In this document: positions 24,435 to 37,619 of the stretch, in pieces
How positions within the stretch are numbered: position 1 is the first letter of the stretch
Layout of the letters: each line of letters begins with the position of its first letter
NCBI GenBank assembly: GCA_003427395.1
Contig: BFEA01000002.1
Location: 1,556,685 to 1,617,030 of the forward strand
Reading direction: 5' to 3'
DNA from: Chara braunii
Lineage: Eukaryota; Plantae; Charophyceae
Length of the DNA stretch: 60,346 bases
Notes under the pieces: model-generated
Seen by the model: only the letters and a program-made list of their open reading frames with translations
What the model was told of the DNA's origin: nothing
Database searches by the model: none
Made by a program: the position numbers and the translations under genes

Positions 24435-24702
24435 TGTTACGGAATCAGCCAGGGCTCGATCCCTGGCCCGCGGGTTACCACCTGCCACGCTGCAATTTTA
24501 TTTTTTCAGAGTCCCTGATCTCCTGTTCCTGACTGTTGGCGCCCTCTGCAGTTGGCGCCCGTTCTCAAATCCCTTCTCTGGTACTGTCGGACTTCGATAC
24601 TTGGTGTCATCCGGCATTCTGGCGCCCAACTTCAAACCTTCGATTTCCAGTTCAGCCCCGAGGCAAATTGCACTTTTGCCCTTGGACTCAACTTGAGTCC
24701 GG

Positions 24703-25661
24703 TGTCGAGCGCATGATGCTGCGCATCGGCCCGCGCGCGCGCAAGGGCCCTCCCACTTCAGCACCCGTCATCTGGCGGTCTTGTTTGAGTGCTTTTTAGT
24801 TTTTTTTTTGTTTTTTTCCTCCTTTCTCGATTTAGGCATTTCATCCTTGAAAACGTAGGGGCCTTGCTGAACTGCGTGCGACCGTTTTCAGCCGCGCGAT
24901 CTCATCGATCGCACGACCGTTCTCGACCGTGCCAAAAGGCTGGGCTGCTCCAAAAGGAGCTGGCCCCAGTAGGATGCATGCAGCCGGGCTTTGATCCCAG
25001 TATTTGCTAGACGAAAGTCTAGCATCGTAACCTACTAGGCTAGCTCCTATCACGATAGTGATAGGAGCAACTCTTCTATAAGAAGAGTTTCGCCCCAGCC
25101 ATTTCCCTTGCATGTGGCCTTGCAGGCCTTGCCTGCCTGAAGCCTAATAGGTTTGATGGCAGGCCCTGCCCTGTCGGTTGGCCGCAATACCTCGGCATCG
25201 GCCTATCAACCCCCTGGCTCGATGTCAACCCCCGCGGTCCAAGAAATAAAACCCCTTCTACCTATTCCCCCTGCGTCGCGGCTCTGTACCCGGCGCACCT
25301 CTCTTTTTAGCCTTCTTAGGCCCTGAATCGCGCGGCAGCTCTATACCCGGCGCACCTCTCTTTTTAGCCTACTTAGCCTACATTATTTTAGGTAGACTAG
25401 GTCTAGCTTTAGTCTTTCCATGACCGTGCACCACTGCGGCCTTGTCAGGAACCGTGGACGACAAGTCGTACTGCCGACTCCCGCTGTTTCGATCGAACGT
25501 CAATGACGTCAGGTCTTAGGTCTCTCAGTTATAGGGTTGGTCATAATAAACTTTGGCAACGTCAATCTCATCATGTTCCTCAAATCCAACGAAAAGAGTC
25601 GGACAGCGTCTGACCTTGAAAAACTCGGGCAGAAACCGTCACAGGGTTTTCTGTCCCGACA
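24703..25661. mobile_element. Solo LTR of another family inserted in the 3' LTR
   Basis: Termini are TGTCG...CGACA. It is absent from the 5' LTR, where GAGTCCGGTACTT is contiguous. The 4-bp duplication is CCGG/CCGA. Confidence 0.8.
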
Positions 25662-26015
25662 CCGATACTTAAGACCGGACTCAAGCTGAGTTCAGGGGAC
25701 TCAGTTTTCGGCCTCAGTGTGACTTGCTGCGACATTGTGCACAAAACCAGGATTGAGACTTTGCGACTTTGCGACTTTGCCACTTTGTGTCCGCGTCCGT
25801 GAGTCATGTCGAGTCTGTGTCAAGTTGAGTGAGTGTGTGTGTGAATTCTCACTCCCTCCCTCTCTCTTCCCCGACCTCGCTGCTCTGCCTCAGCCCGGTC
25901 ACACGAGGAATGTCTAACGTGCCCCTTAGCACAACATCTTTTTTTGTGTGAAGTTGTGTCCCTTTGTGTATTAGTTTGGATTCACGGTTGATGTGCACAT
26001 ATCAGGACTCCAGAG

Positions 26016-27700
26016 GGTCACGATAACAAATAAAAGTTCTTCTTTAATACTAATATATGCAAGGAAATTGAGCGAGAGCGAAAGACAGAAAACCAAATTG
26101 CAACATCACAGTGAAGACCAAATATTTGTGTATCAAGAAGAAAGTAGTATGCACAGAGATACAAGCCAAATAATTTCTTTAATAATATGAGCAATGCAAT
26201 GAACTCAAATGTCAATGTCAGACCCAGACTTGCCACTATCAACAATGTGTCCAATGTCGCTCTTCGTTTATGGCGCTCAGTGCCCAGCCTACCACTACCC
26301 AACACCTATACTTGGCTACTCTACGAACATGCAGGCAGGAAGCGCTCCAGCGAGGTCAGCCAAGCTATGGCTGCCTTGTGCGCGGACTCTGGTCAACGCC
26401 CAACCAGCGCCCGTGTGCACCTCAGCCCGTCACTCTCTCGTCGAGCCGCAACGCAGCAACACTGCCGCGAGGGAACCCAGACTGAATGTCTGGAGGGCTA
26501 ACTGCTCTTTCCTATATGGATGCAGCCCGACCAGTTGGGTTCCCTCTAGCCTCACGTTGGAACCAGTATCTGAAATGGACTGGGACCCGCAGTTGAGGTC
26601 ACCCAGAAGTGTGAAGTGGCACACACTGTTTGTTGTGTGCTCCCATTTGTCGAGAGCCAGCGTGTGACATGGCAACGTGGGTGGGCCTTGTCAAGCAGCC
26701 CAGGGCCTGGTCGTGCATGCACTGAAAAAGTGTGGATTGTGTCCAGAGCCCACAAAACCCCGCCACATGTCCCAAAAGCCCACAAAAAGTCAAAGAGGGT
26801 CGCGAGTAGACCAACCAGTAGGGTCCTTGCTAGGGCCAAAAATCCTCGCACTCCCTCCTCCTTAGCTTGGAAAGTCCACTGAGATGCTTTTACTTAGCTG
26901 CTTTCCGGTTGAGTTTGCGCTCGGACTCTGCCACAATCTGAGGTGCTCTCTTCATCAGCTCCTCCTTCATGAACCAACGATCATCTTTTGGATCTGTACA
27001 ATACCTGAATCTGACTCTGCCAGTTGGCTTTGGAACTGGCATGTCTGAGTGTTCGTTAATGTCGTCGATGTTCATGTAGCCATCCATGGTTGGGGGCAGC
27101 ATCGATCTCCTTGATGGAAATTGATCAGTCTCAGCAAAAGGTGCAAGCTTAGAGGTGTGAAATATGGGGTAGGTGCGTAAGTAACCAGAGATTCGAATGA
27201 CATAGGAGGGACGTCCAGATCATTCCGAACAATATCAAGGACTTCCCTAGGACCGAAGTACTGAAGCATTAGTTTCCTAAAAATGTGAGTCTCCTGTCCG
27301 AACTCGCTAGACTTATTAACCGAAACTCATTCTCCCACCTAAAATGTGGACTGTCATCTACGTATGTTCTCAGATGCGATCATAGCATCTTAAGCTTCCC
27401 GCATGTGATCAACAGCCTTCTGCAGCATCTTTTCATGCTGGACACCAAACTCGATGGTGCCAGGTGTCGCAACTGGCCAGTTTGCAAGAGGAAAAAAGTC
27501 TAGTGCTGATCTAGGCTTCCAACCCAAGTGTAGCTGATTCGGAGACACACCCGTGGTGCTATGAAAATCACGCTGTTGTACAAGCTGGCGATGAGAGGAA
27601 GCTTCTCATCCCAGTCCTCTTGGCTGAGCTTGATATAGTGTCGAAGCAAGTGCTGCACCATGTGACGTTCAAACCTCACGCCCTGTTCTGTCTTCCGGTC
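26016..27700 (-). mobile_element. 3' remnant of a Gypsy element (integrase end, chromodomain-like region, PPT, LTR)
   Basis: Minus-strand QHLLRHYIKLSQEDWDEKLPLIASLYN and DDRWFMKEELMKRAPQIV. The purine tract AAGGAGGAGGGAG abuts TG at 26850. The distal LTR end is approximate. Confidence 0.7.
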
Positions 27701-27936
27701 GGAGTGACTAAAATTTGGAAAAAGGCCTTGGAAAACAACAATATGGGGGGGGGGGGTGCCAAGGATTTTTGGAAAGTTGAGTGTGGAGAGCCAGTCCCCA
27801 GGCAATTTTCCAGTGCCTGGTGGACCCCCGAAAATTGTTGGCACAGTTTTTGGTGGACCGCTGGGCCAACCGGACCGGCCCTGAAGGGCCTGTACATGCA
27901 ATCTTGGGTGAGCTTCAGCGGGCCAAGCAGAACTGG

Positions 27937-27937
<1 letters not shown>

Positions 27938-27988
<51 letters not shown>

Positions 27989-28219
27989 TTTCCCCCCCAA
28001 CAGCCCCAATTCCACCCAGATGAATAGATTCGGAATCAAAGCAGTCTTTGTCGTATTGCAGACAACGAGAGCATTTGAGATGAGACTCTGTGTGTGTGTG
28101 TGTGTGTGTGTGTCTGCATGTGATTTCCCCCCCAACAACCCTAATTTCACCCAGATGAATAGATTCAGAATCAAAGCAGTCTTTGTCATACTGCAGACAA
28201 CGAGAGCATTTGAGATGAG

Positions 28220-28259
<40 letters not shown>

Positions 28260-28304
28260 NNNNNNNNNNNNNNNNNNNNNNNNNNNNNNNNNNNNNNNNN
28301 NNNN

Positions 28305-28353
<49 letters not shown>

Positions 28354-28457
28354 ATGTGATTTCCCCCCCAACAGCCCCAATTCCACCCAGATGAATAGAT
28401 TCAAAATCAAAGCAGTCTATGTCGTATTACAGACAACAAGAGCATTTGAGATGAGAC
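27938..28457 (+). repeat. Three ~100-bp units separated by (TG)n tracts
   Basis: GATTTCCCCCCCAACAGCCCCAATTCC...GCATTTGAGATGAGAC occurs at 27987, 28122 and 28358. Confidence 0.9.
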
Positions 28458-28689
28458 AGTCACAAGCCAATATTAAGGCAATTTTATGATTAGACAGTTT
28501 TTGGTTGTCCTTGGGGTACCCCTTCCATTGTTCTTGCAGTTGTGTGTGTGCACGACACTATGTGTGTATGTGAGTGTGTTCAAGATAAGTCGGATAACAC
28601 AAGCTACGCAACTACAGTAGCGTGTTTTTTTTTTAATTATTTTATTTTATTTGATTTTAGTTGATTTTATTTTTATTATTATTTTTTTT

Positions 28690-28829
28690 TAATTCGAAAA
28701 TCCGGACCTGTTCTTTCATAACCGGACCGTCCGGGTCCGTATGTCCGGTTTACCGGACATCCGGATTAATCCAGACACGGGTCCGGGCCTGGTGTTCGGT
28801 GTCTGGATGTCCGGGTCCGGGCAACCATG
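28690..28829. mobile_element. hAT-like element end
   Basis: Clustered CCGGAC/GTCCGG subterminal motifs end in GGCAACCATG. The partner end was not found. Confidence 0.4.
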
Positions 28830-30924
28830 ACAAAAACCCACCGATAGTTTCTTTGAAAGAAATGATAACCGTCGACAAAAAAATTGCATTAAGGGGGGGA
28901 TGCTAACTTGATCGAATGCTAAGGGTTGCGCATCCTCGATCGATCGGTACGTGGCGAGGCTTCGGCCTGCTTAGAAAGCGAGCACAGAGCGGGCCAGGTG
29001 GATTGATTAAAGACGCGAAGAACTCTTTCAAATATCAAAGAAAAGAAATGAATGCACATCTCTATACAGCCTTCTATTCAGTCATCAATGCAAACGACAG
29101 ACGCACATTTTGAACATCAACCTGATTTCCATTTCCGTACATACTACGTTGACATCCCTCGCCCAACGAGATCACGTCTTCACAAACATGAACGTTCATC
29201 CACAAAGCACCGCAAGTCTACCATTTTTTATTCATACATTCATAATACAAGATTTAAAACAGAAGGAGATCTTGGCTTATTGGTTATTGCCATGCACTTA
29301 GCTTCCGAAAAGTTAACCGCAAAAGAGAACATGCAAGAAAACAAGGCACAAGACCTTCTGCTCTCATGCCGTAGCCCCGGGCCAGGCAACCATTCATCCA
29401 TGCACACACTTCTCATGCCCAGGCATTGGCGATCCCATCCGCCACGTATCCCGCATCAATACCTCAGCGCTCGTCACCCCGCCAACTCGATCATTACGTC
29501 GATGCGGCCATGTCCCGTGGTCCATCGCGGCTATCCGACATGCAGCCTCGTATAATCGCAGTCGGCTCGTCAGGACTTTCCAACCCACTGATCACCAAGT
29601 TATCTAGCCACTACTACTGTGCAGCTGGCCAATGGAATGCGAAAGAGCTTCCCAAATGCGCTTGCGGGTTTTATAGTTGCGAGAAGGAGAAAATGGGATA
29701 GATAGGAAGGGAAGAGAAGGGGTAGACGAATAGAAGAGGAAGAGGGGGAGGGAAGATCGCCTCGGGAAGGCCATATCAATCTGAAAATTACCTCGCAGCC
29801 AATCAGATGGTAGTCGTAAGAGGTTCAAAGCACGCTTACACTCTACCGCATGGCTTTTTTAGGGCTTCAGGGATTGATAGGGTCCTCTTGTACGAGGGCA
29901 GGCGGGAAGGAAGAGATCGAAAATCAGTGCGAAGCAAGACCAACGTGAAGATTCAGTCGAAGCAAGAAGGGAAAAGAGCGCTAATGGGGGGGGAGGAAAA
30001 CAGTTACGGTTGAGAAAAAAAAACGCTAAGAAGAAAGAATGGGAGATGGTTAAAGACGCAGCGGGAGACGGGGGAAGCTTGCATGCATAGCGTTGACGCA
30101 ACAAAAAAGGCACCAAACAGTTATGTTGAGTCTGACTGAGGACATGCCTAATTCCTAGTAGAGCTAATTCAAGATTGAAAATTCGAAAGCGATATCTGCG
30201 CGCATGGATCCCATGTTTATTCCTATTCTTTCATAAAATTCACGGGGTTTTCCAGCAGTGCACAAGAAAAGACACGTCACCGAGAAGTTTGTCCGCAAGT
30301 TTCGAGAATTTCCACCTACCGAACAAAATTCCCAGCGCGCTCGCTACTAAGGCCGCAAGGCGCGCGTAATTCCTATGTAAACTTCATTCCGACATCCTGA
30401 AAAACAAAAGACACCTTAAAGGTGGGAGGCCTTGGCGACCATTCATGCATCACCCACCAGCCGAAAAGAGATACCCTAAAAACCGTTGATAACCAAAAGA
30501 AAAAGCAGCAAAAACATAGGGGCTCATAAGTTTGTTCAAGCACAGGATCTGGTACGTCACATATGTGATGTTCAAGGGGTTCCAAAATTATGCGATCTCC
30601 TTATTGCATGCATGTGTGCCTGCGAAGAGTACTTTACACAAAGGGACAGGCTGAGAGAAACGGAAGAGGAGAGAAAAGAGGGAGAAGGAAGGAGGAAGAA
30701 GAAGATTGCTATGGTCCAGCGACGTCGGCATATCAACAGCCAGAGGCAGACATGTGTCGCCTTGTTGAAGTAATGTTGACTGATGCACCGAGAAGCATTT
30801 GATTCGGAGCTTTCACCTTCATGTAACCATGTTGATGCCAACTCCACTTGCAGTATCCTCGCAAGGGAGACACTTGCCAACTTCTCCCGCTGTTTCGCGC
30901 ATCCATGAGGAGGAATCAATATCT

Positions 30925-32600
30925 CTAGTGTCTGGTCGTCTTCCAGGTGACGCCATCAAGGTCTCGATTGGCCATAGTGGTTTCTACGATCGCCTGCTCA
31001 CTGATAATCATCCCAATTGTAGTCGACAAGGAGAGGGGTAGGCGGCGGTTGAGGCCATTGTCGAGGGAGCGGGGGAAAGTGATTGCTTGCTTCGTCGTCA
31101 AGATCGATGAAGTGAACGATCCGATGGGCGTGAGGGAATCGATGATTGGGTCGGGGAAGGGCGACAAAATATTCAGCGTAAAGGGTGGGGATGGTGGGGA
31201 GGGTATTTTCTCGCATGGATTCGTAATCATCGGTTGCAGGAAAGATTCCCGAGACAGTGCAATATAACTCCATGTGGTTATATTCTCTCTGGGTGGCGCT
31301 AAAAAGTAGGATATTAAGTGGGAAGGAAGGGTCTGATCCAGAGGAGGGGTGGAGATGGACTTCACACAGAAGGCGGGCGGAGTGATGTTGATAAAAAAGA
31401 TTGTTGGCAAAGATGTGGTAATTAGGGGGAAATTCGATTTAAGGGAGGGCGGAGAAGGAAAGAAAGTCAAGAGGGCGGTGAAAAAGAAGATGTGGACGGA
31501 ACGCTCGAGCGGGATACCGATGGGAACGAGCCGTGGAGAGGGCTTCTGAGGCCCGGAGGTGGGGGAAGGTGAGCGGGACCGATGACGGCGATGGGAGAAT
31601 TCCGCGCCATCGCGACAATGAGTGACACTCTTAGGGAGATCAGGATTCTCCTCAAAATCCGCTACTCAGGCTGGTAATGAGCTTGTTGATGGTTCCTCGA
31701 GATGTCGGAACCTCGACTGATCGTCAGGTCGCTCAGGCAATGGCTTTTCGCTTTCTTGACCCTCCGATTGCTCAGTCCTTGCTTTTGCCTCTTCTCCAAC
31801 TTCTTCTTCCTCGGACAATTTTATCGCCTCGTCGTCTATCGGGATCTCACCGCGTCAAATATGAGTATCTCAGAGATCCAATTCAAAGTCCATTGGCGCT
31901 AGATTGTCTAATTCTAGGAAGCCCCACATGGCATGATTGTGTGCGTCCGCTCTCCTCCGTACACCCGGTCCAGATGACTGTGGGGTCCAATGTCCGTTCT
32001 AATGTTACCGACGTCGTCTACTCTGGATCGCTTGGATTGAAGGAGATGAGATCGAGAAGAAGATCGCCGACGATCTGCTCCTGAAACACCAGGAGCTCGT
32101 TCGCAATGATTGCTCTTCCTCCTTCTTTCACTTCCTCAATGAGAAGCCCGACAAGTAACCCTGATCTCCTTGTTTCCCATGCTTGAATGAGCAGGAGAGT
32201 GATCTTGTCTGGGAGAACCATCTCTCTGTGCCAATCATATTGCGCCCAATGTGCCACCTCCGAAAGCATGCAACTGTTGACTGCCACGAGGCTATTGAGC
32301 CAACCTTGATGAAAACGTGCCGATCGAAAAGGAGGAGTCCGAAGAGGACGGATCTCTAGAGAAAGAGAAGGATCGACCCCAAAGGGCCACAACGGAGGAA
32401 GGTCGGAGGGAAGGGAGAAAGTAGAAGGACGATTCATCGGCGAGGAGGATGAAAAGGTCGGAGAACAGGAAGTACTGTTGCCGGAAGGTCCACAGGATTG
32501 GAGCGCAAAGAAAAGGTGTCAATACACGCCGTCCCCACCACTTGATCGCCCGACCGTGCCAATCGCTCCCGCCAATCAGCCACTAGTTCTCATCCCCAAT
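30925..32600 (-). pseudogene. Degenerate LTR-retroelement-associated coding remnant
   Basis: Minus-strand fragments HWAQYDWHREM...LLIQAW...DLLLDLIS and HRIVHFIDL (resembling the Gypsy pre-RT linker). No catalytic motif was seen. Confidence 0.35.
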
Positions 32601-32955
32601 CGTAAAGTGCTTGTGTCACCTCCAATCGCTGAGGCGTCGAGATGGAGCAGACGTCCCCGATGAAGATCATGAGCACTGTGACATCACTCTGTCTTGGCCT
32701 AGAGTGATGTAAGAAAGCGGATGCTTCTACTAGAATTACTGCTGCACCACCAGATGTAGAGATTGCCACCTCTACCGCTGACTCACTTAGTATTGTGCTT
32801 GTGTACAAAACAGATGCCCGAACTGCAGCATATCCAGGATAAGTCGAGGATGAAGCACCTGACATAATCGCAGAGAAGATCGACGTCGTAGAAGTCGATG
32901 CCAATATGGCATGCCCCAAGGCGGGACTCATGGCGATGGCTGCTGGCACAAGGTA

Positions 32956-33810
32956 TCAGAGAAAGAGGAGGAGGTGATTTCGTCGCCTGCTCCAAGGAGA
33001 GGGCGAGGAAGAGGAGGGAGCAGCAGGTTCAAACGAAGGAGGGAGAGGCCAAAAATAGGATGTATGGCGGAGAATAGGAAGACAGTTATGGCTGCCGTCA
33101 ACTTCGGGTGCGATGTGGACAGTATTTACACCGTTAGGCCCTAGTTCCACTGCGTGGAAACAGTGGTAATACTTTGCTGCGAGTTTCCTGTTGCGTGCAC
33201 AGCTTTGTAGTTGTACTAAGTCCCCTAATTTATACTGGATATGTGGGCCCGCGTTCCCATTGCGGGCTTTGTAACTAAGAACCTGCCTACCGTGGGCCAA
33301 TTCCACCATCCTTTCTCGTTTGCGGGCAAGCTTTGGAACCGCCTTTTCCATCCTTTCTCGCTGGCTTGGCCTTAATCGACACCCGGGTGTCCCTACCCCG
33401 TGGTTCGACAATGTCCAAGACATCCCGGTTAGTGACACAGGAAGGTTTTTTGTCCGTAATTGGAAGGGGGTGAATCTTGTCGATTCGTGAGGGGTGGCTT
33501 GATGAATGCCGATAATCTGATAAACGATCTCAGGCCAAAGACACGTGTCATTCACCGTGAGGTACCTCTGTAACGCTGTTTTAATCATACGGTTGGCGTT
33601 TCTGCCAACCTGTTAGGCTGAGATACGTGCGGGTCGGAGGGCTACGCATCTACGTGTCAGTAGGCTAAGGCCGCTAAGCTGCTCTACCTCGACCGTAAAC
33701 TCAGACCCATTGTTGGTTAAAATTTCTTTCGTATCTAGATGGGTATTGAGATATTGGTCGATGTAAGTAGCTGTTTCGGAGGTCTATGTGTCTTCCAGGG
33801 GTAGACCTCT
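32956..33810 (-). pseudogene. Gypsy-type integrase fragment
   Basis: KEILTNNGSEF (~33730-33700), then MIKTALQRYL...WPEIV...ATPHESTRFTPFQL...YKLGDLV. Confidence 0.75.
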
Positions 33811-33879
33811 ATGAACGTCACAGGTATTCGTAGTACACGTTGTACACGGCGTACCTCGCGTACAATGCGTACAATGGTA

Positions 33880-34085
33880 AGCCTAGGTCATCAGCAAAGA
33901 GCGAGCATACTGGAATGGCCTCCTTGGGAGTAGACGTTACCTGAATATGCTTGATGTCCTTATGTTGTCTCAGATTAGCCGCGAGGGCCTCCATGATTAT
34001 TACAAACAGAAAGGGGGCAATTGGGTCGCCATGTCTGACCGAATGGCATAAAGGAATCAGTGGGGCCACATTACCATTAACATCA
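33880..34085 (-). pseudogene. LINE reverse transcriptase fragment
   Basis: SVRHGDPIAPFLFVIIMEAL...SLFADDL (QGDP-like and FADD motifs). Confidence 0.85.
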
Positions 34086-34504
34086 TTCTAGTGATGGTAT
34101 TCTCCTCCAAAATCCTTTTGCTTTTCCTTTGTTCATGCAGAAGAACCTAATAGGCTAATCATACTCGTTATACAAGGCTGGCTATTTTGGATTGTGGACA
34201 GTCTGAAGGCACCCAAAAGATTCTCCGAGGACAGAGAATGTGCTCTATGAACTGCCCAGTGGCGGCCCTAGGAACGACTCGCAGCAGACCTAGCAGCACC
34301 TAGAACCTGCCATCATCCTCCGCCGGACAGCATGCATAGTATTTGTGACAGAATCGCACAGGAAATTTAAAGTAGCTTATATACATTCATAATTAGGGTG
34401 CATTGTGCTCCAGGGAAGATGATTACTGCAGTCATAAGGCCTCTAAAGGGCAGAACTGGACAAAGGAACATTCCCTTCTTCTTCTTCTTTTGTTCTTTCC
34501 TTTT

Positions 34505-34800
34505 TCTTTTCTTTTTCTTTTCTTTTTCATTCTTTACCATTTCGTACTTTGATGATCTCCTCAATGATTCACTATGAGGCAATCCAGAGATAAAGGTATT
34601 GAGAGGTTTCCCAGCCTCGATCCCCTTTTTTTTCAGTTTTTTTTTTTTTTTTTTTTCTTTTTCTTTTCTTTTTCATTCTTTACCATTTCGTACTTTGATG
34701 ATCTCCTCAATGATTCACTATGAGGCAATCCAGAGATAAAGGTATTGAGAGGTTTCCCAGCCTCGATCCCCTTTTTTTTCAGTTTTTTTTTTTTTTTTTT
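34505..34800. repeat. Tandem duplication of ~125 bp bounded by poly(T)
   Basis: TTCATTCTTTACCATTTCG...CCTCGATCCCCTTTTTTTTCAG is present twice with near-identical sequence. Confidence 0.9.
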
Positions 34801-34969
34801 TAAATAAAAAAGCAATCCAGAGATCCCTCATTAAAACACCAGTCCACACGACGGAGGTACCTCGCGAGCCTCCTGACTAGGCCTTCTCGTATTGGCCTTC
34901 TGTGTTTACTACCGGCCCAGACCCGAATCACTCACCTCTTACCGCATAAACCGGCAAGCAAGAGCCCTG

Positions 34970-35023
<54 letters not shown>

Positions 35024-35959
35024 TGCTACTCTGTCAGGCAGACAGGCAGACAGGCAAGACGAAAGGCAGACAGGTGGGTAGGTAGGCAGGCAGGCAGTTA
35101 CTCATCAAGTTCCATCATCTGGATTCGAACACAGGTCTGTATTCACCAGTTCATTGTGTACCCACTTGGGTCTGCAGACCAACTTTTTTTTTTTTTTTTT
35201 TTTTTTTTGATAAGTTGCAGGTTGTATTATAAAAGTAATAGGATGAGGCCGGGAGCCCTGGTTCATTTCGGTTGAGCTAATGATCCAGTACCTGAGCCGA
35301 TTAACACAGTTGGGCAGTTCAGTTGGGGCCCACAGGGCCCTATGGAGGGGCCCACACAACTTTTATTCTTTATTTTTTATTAAATAGAAAGAAGCATCTT
35401 CAGGGGCAGACAACTACTGAGGAGGTGGTAAGAGAAGCACCTGCGTTGGTGTCTGCGGTTTTCGATGGCTCAATTCTTTTTGTTTGTTTTTCAGGGTTTT
35501 TTTTTTTTTTTTTAATGGCTCAATTCGGATCGTGGGAGAAGCGGCACTGCTGGAAACTGGATCCAGCGTCCTAGATAAATGCAATAGGCCCCACAATCAG
35601 TGAGCTCGCATTGATTACTTCCATATGGAATGATTGACTGTCAGTTTGTCCCTGTCAAAAGATTCTTATCACTCCATCAAGCAAATCCCAAACGAGGACC
35701 GTGAAACATACACAGTGGTGCACCACACAATACCCCTGCACCTGCTTCCTCTCTCTTTGCTTCCTAAACCGCAATTTCATCAAAATGGGCATTTTATGTA
35801 TTTTTTTAAAGAAAAATTGAAACTGACCTTTTCAGCCTTTTTTTTTTTTTTTTTTTTTTTTTGGGAAATACGCGGGAATCATAAAAGGAGTTTGAAAATA
35901 CACTTTGGGCGAAAAAGAGTTTGAAATTGCACTTTTCGGGCAATGTATACAAGCTAGCT

Positions 35960-36600
35960 TTCCGGTCAGGCAGGGTTGTGTGGGGGAAACATGGAACCCG
36001 TCCCAGACGGACGAGTTCACTATCAACCTTTATAAGGTAGGAAGAAGGGCAATCCTGTGGGCTCTTTGGAACCGACGCTGCACATATGAAATGGAAAAGG
36101 CTAGGATTGACGGACCAGAATTTACGGACTCGATAAAGCATCAAATTCAAACTGAAATCAATGCTCAATGGGACAAGGTAAAGGAAAAAATCAAGTACTT
36201 ACTAACTAAGGTAGAAATTCAAAAGCATATTCAACAATTCTGTGACCACTGGCTAGGGGGCACCCAAGGGAGGTATCTGGGAAACGTCATATGGAAAGGG
36301 GCACTGAAAGAGGATATCTCGGAAGGAGGGCAGGAAAATTTTTCAAGGGATTATCGCTTGGTCTATCAAGACTGGACAACTGTGGACCCAGCCATCCCTC
36401 TCAGACCCCTCACAGACTTCCCAGACCCTTTTCCACCATCAGCCTTGTGTTTAGTGCCTATGAGTTGGTTTGGTGTGGTTTAAAATAAGATTGGAAGTGC
36501 TAGGTGGACATGCATATCTGGCGCCCGTTCAGGGTGAAGAGGCACAGGAGCCAATCTGATCAGAAGGGACGCTGGGCCGGGGGTTGATTGTCCATGGGAC
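35960..36600 (+). mobile_element. 5'-truncated L1/Tx1-like LINE (ORF2 C-terminus to the stop at 36483, plus 3' UTR)
   Basis: GRRAILWALWNRRC...RDYRLVYQDWTTVDP...DPFPP is homologous to the minus-strand LINE (GRRSVLWTIWWRRC...RDYQLIFHDWTTIDP...DPFPP). Confidence 0.75.
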
Positions 36601-37619
36601 TGACTTAATCCTTCCCTCCCGGGGAAGCAATCAATGCTCAGTGCCAAATCTTCATTCTCCATTCTTGTTGTACAGGGAACCTGTCCTTAATGGGAGCAGT
36701 GGCCGAGGCTCTTCCAGCCCTAATGGGAAGAGGCGTGTCTGTCATGTATTCAAAGTTCTAAATATGAGCCTTGGGCACTGGGCCCCATTTAAAATAAAAA
36801 AAATAAATAAAAAAATTGGTTCAACGGGGTCCTCACAGTCTACCCGGAGTAAAAAAAATATATATATATACATATATATCGTCAAATAGATATATGTGGG
36901 AAACATTTTGGCTTGCATCTACACAAAAACCACTGGCAGGCAAAAATTCAAAAAACATTAATTTTAAATTAGGCCCTTCTACAAGGCCTCTATCCTGGTG
37001 GGGGTAAGAGAACCACCGGGATTGAGGCTTTGCCTGGCGGGCCGCTCCGTCTATTGGTGGGGAGCCTCACCTGCTGGGAACCGGGCCCAGCGTCCCATGA
37101 ATACATCTGTACAAAACAGTACAAAACAGTACATCCTTGAGGAGGACGCCCTTGGGCTGGAAACCGGGTCCAGCATCCCAAATCTACCTTTACTCTTCCC
37201 CCCTAGCCTGCAGCACCTTCGGTTACTGGGGGAGAACCACCGGGGGGCACCAGTGGAATATCCCTCCCTCCCCTAGCTCCTGCGCTCCACCTACTGTCCT
37301 CATGGCGTCCCGTGTCCCATATACCAAAATCAGAATATCTGAATATCTGAGCAAAGTGAGGATTGTGGGATTGTGGGATTGTGGGATTGTGGGACCAAAA
37401 TTAGAGCAAAGCGAGGATTGTGGGGCCTGCCAACGTTAAATACCCAGCAGCCCAGGGGGTCAAGCCAAAAAAGAACAAGGGAACTGAAAAGACTAAAGGA
37501 TAAAGTCCCGTAACTCTCCAGCACCCCTTGTCCCAACTACCCGTCCAAACCCTTCCAAACTGAGGAGGACTCACCAGTACTGACCATGCATTGAAGGGGA
37601 CAGGGATAGGCCGGGATAT

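Larger units (their letters stand above)
12369..25903 (+). mobile_element. Full-length degenerate Ty3/Gypsy chromovirus LTR retrotransposon
   Basis: LTRs at 12369-15129 and 24435-25903 (TG...CA, homologous once insertions are removed). The 5-bp TSD CGAGG is identical at 12364-12368 and 25904-25908. PBS, PPT and gag-PR-RT-RH-IN-chromodomain order are present. Confidence 0.92.
11929..25926. mobile_element. PIF/Harbinger-like MITE (~460 bp) split by the Gypsy insertion (pieces 11929-12368 and 25904-25926)
   Basis: The left end TAAGGGCGCCGTTAGACACTCCTC matches the reverse complement of the right end, TAAGGGGCACGTTAGACATTCCTC. Flanks are TAA/TTA. Confidence 0.6.

Noticed and set aside
27938-28457. 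CRISPR-like repeat/spacer periodicity
   Set aside because: The units are ~100 bp, the spacers are microsatellite, there are no cas genes, and the context is eukaryotic.
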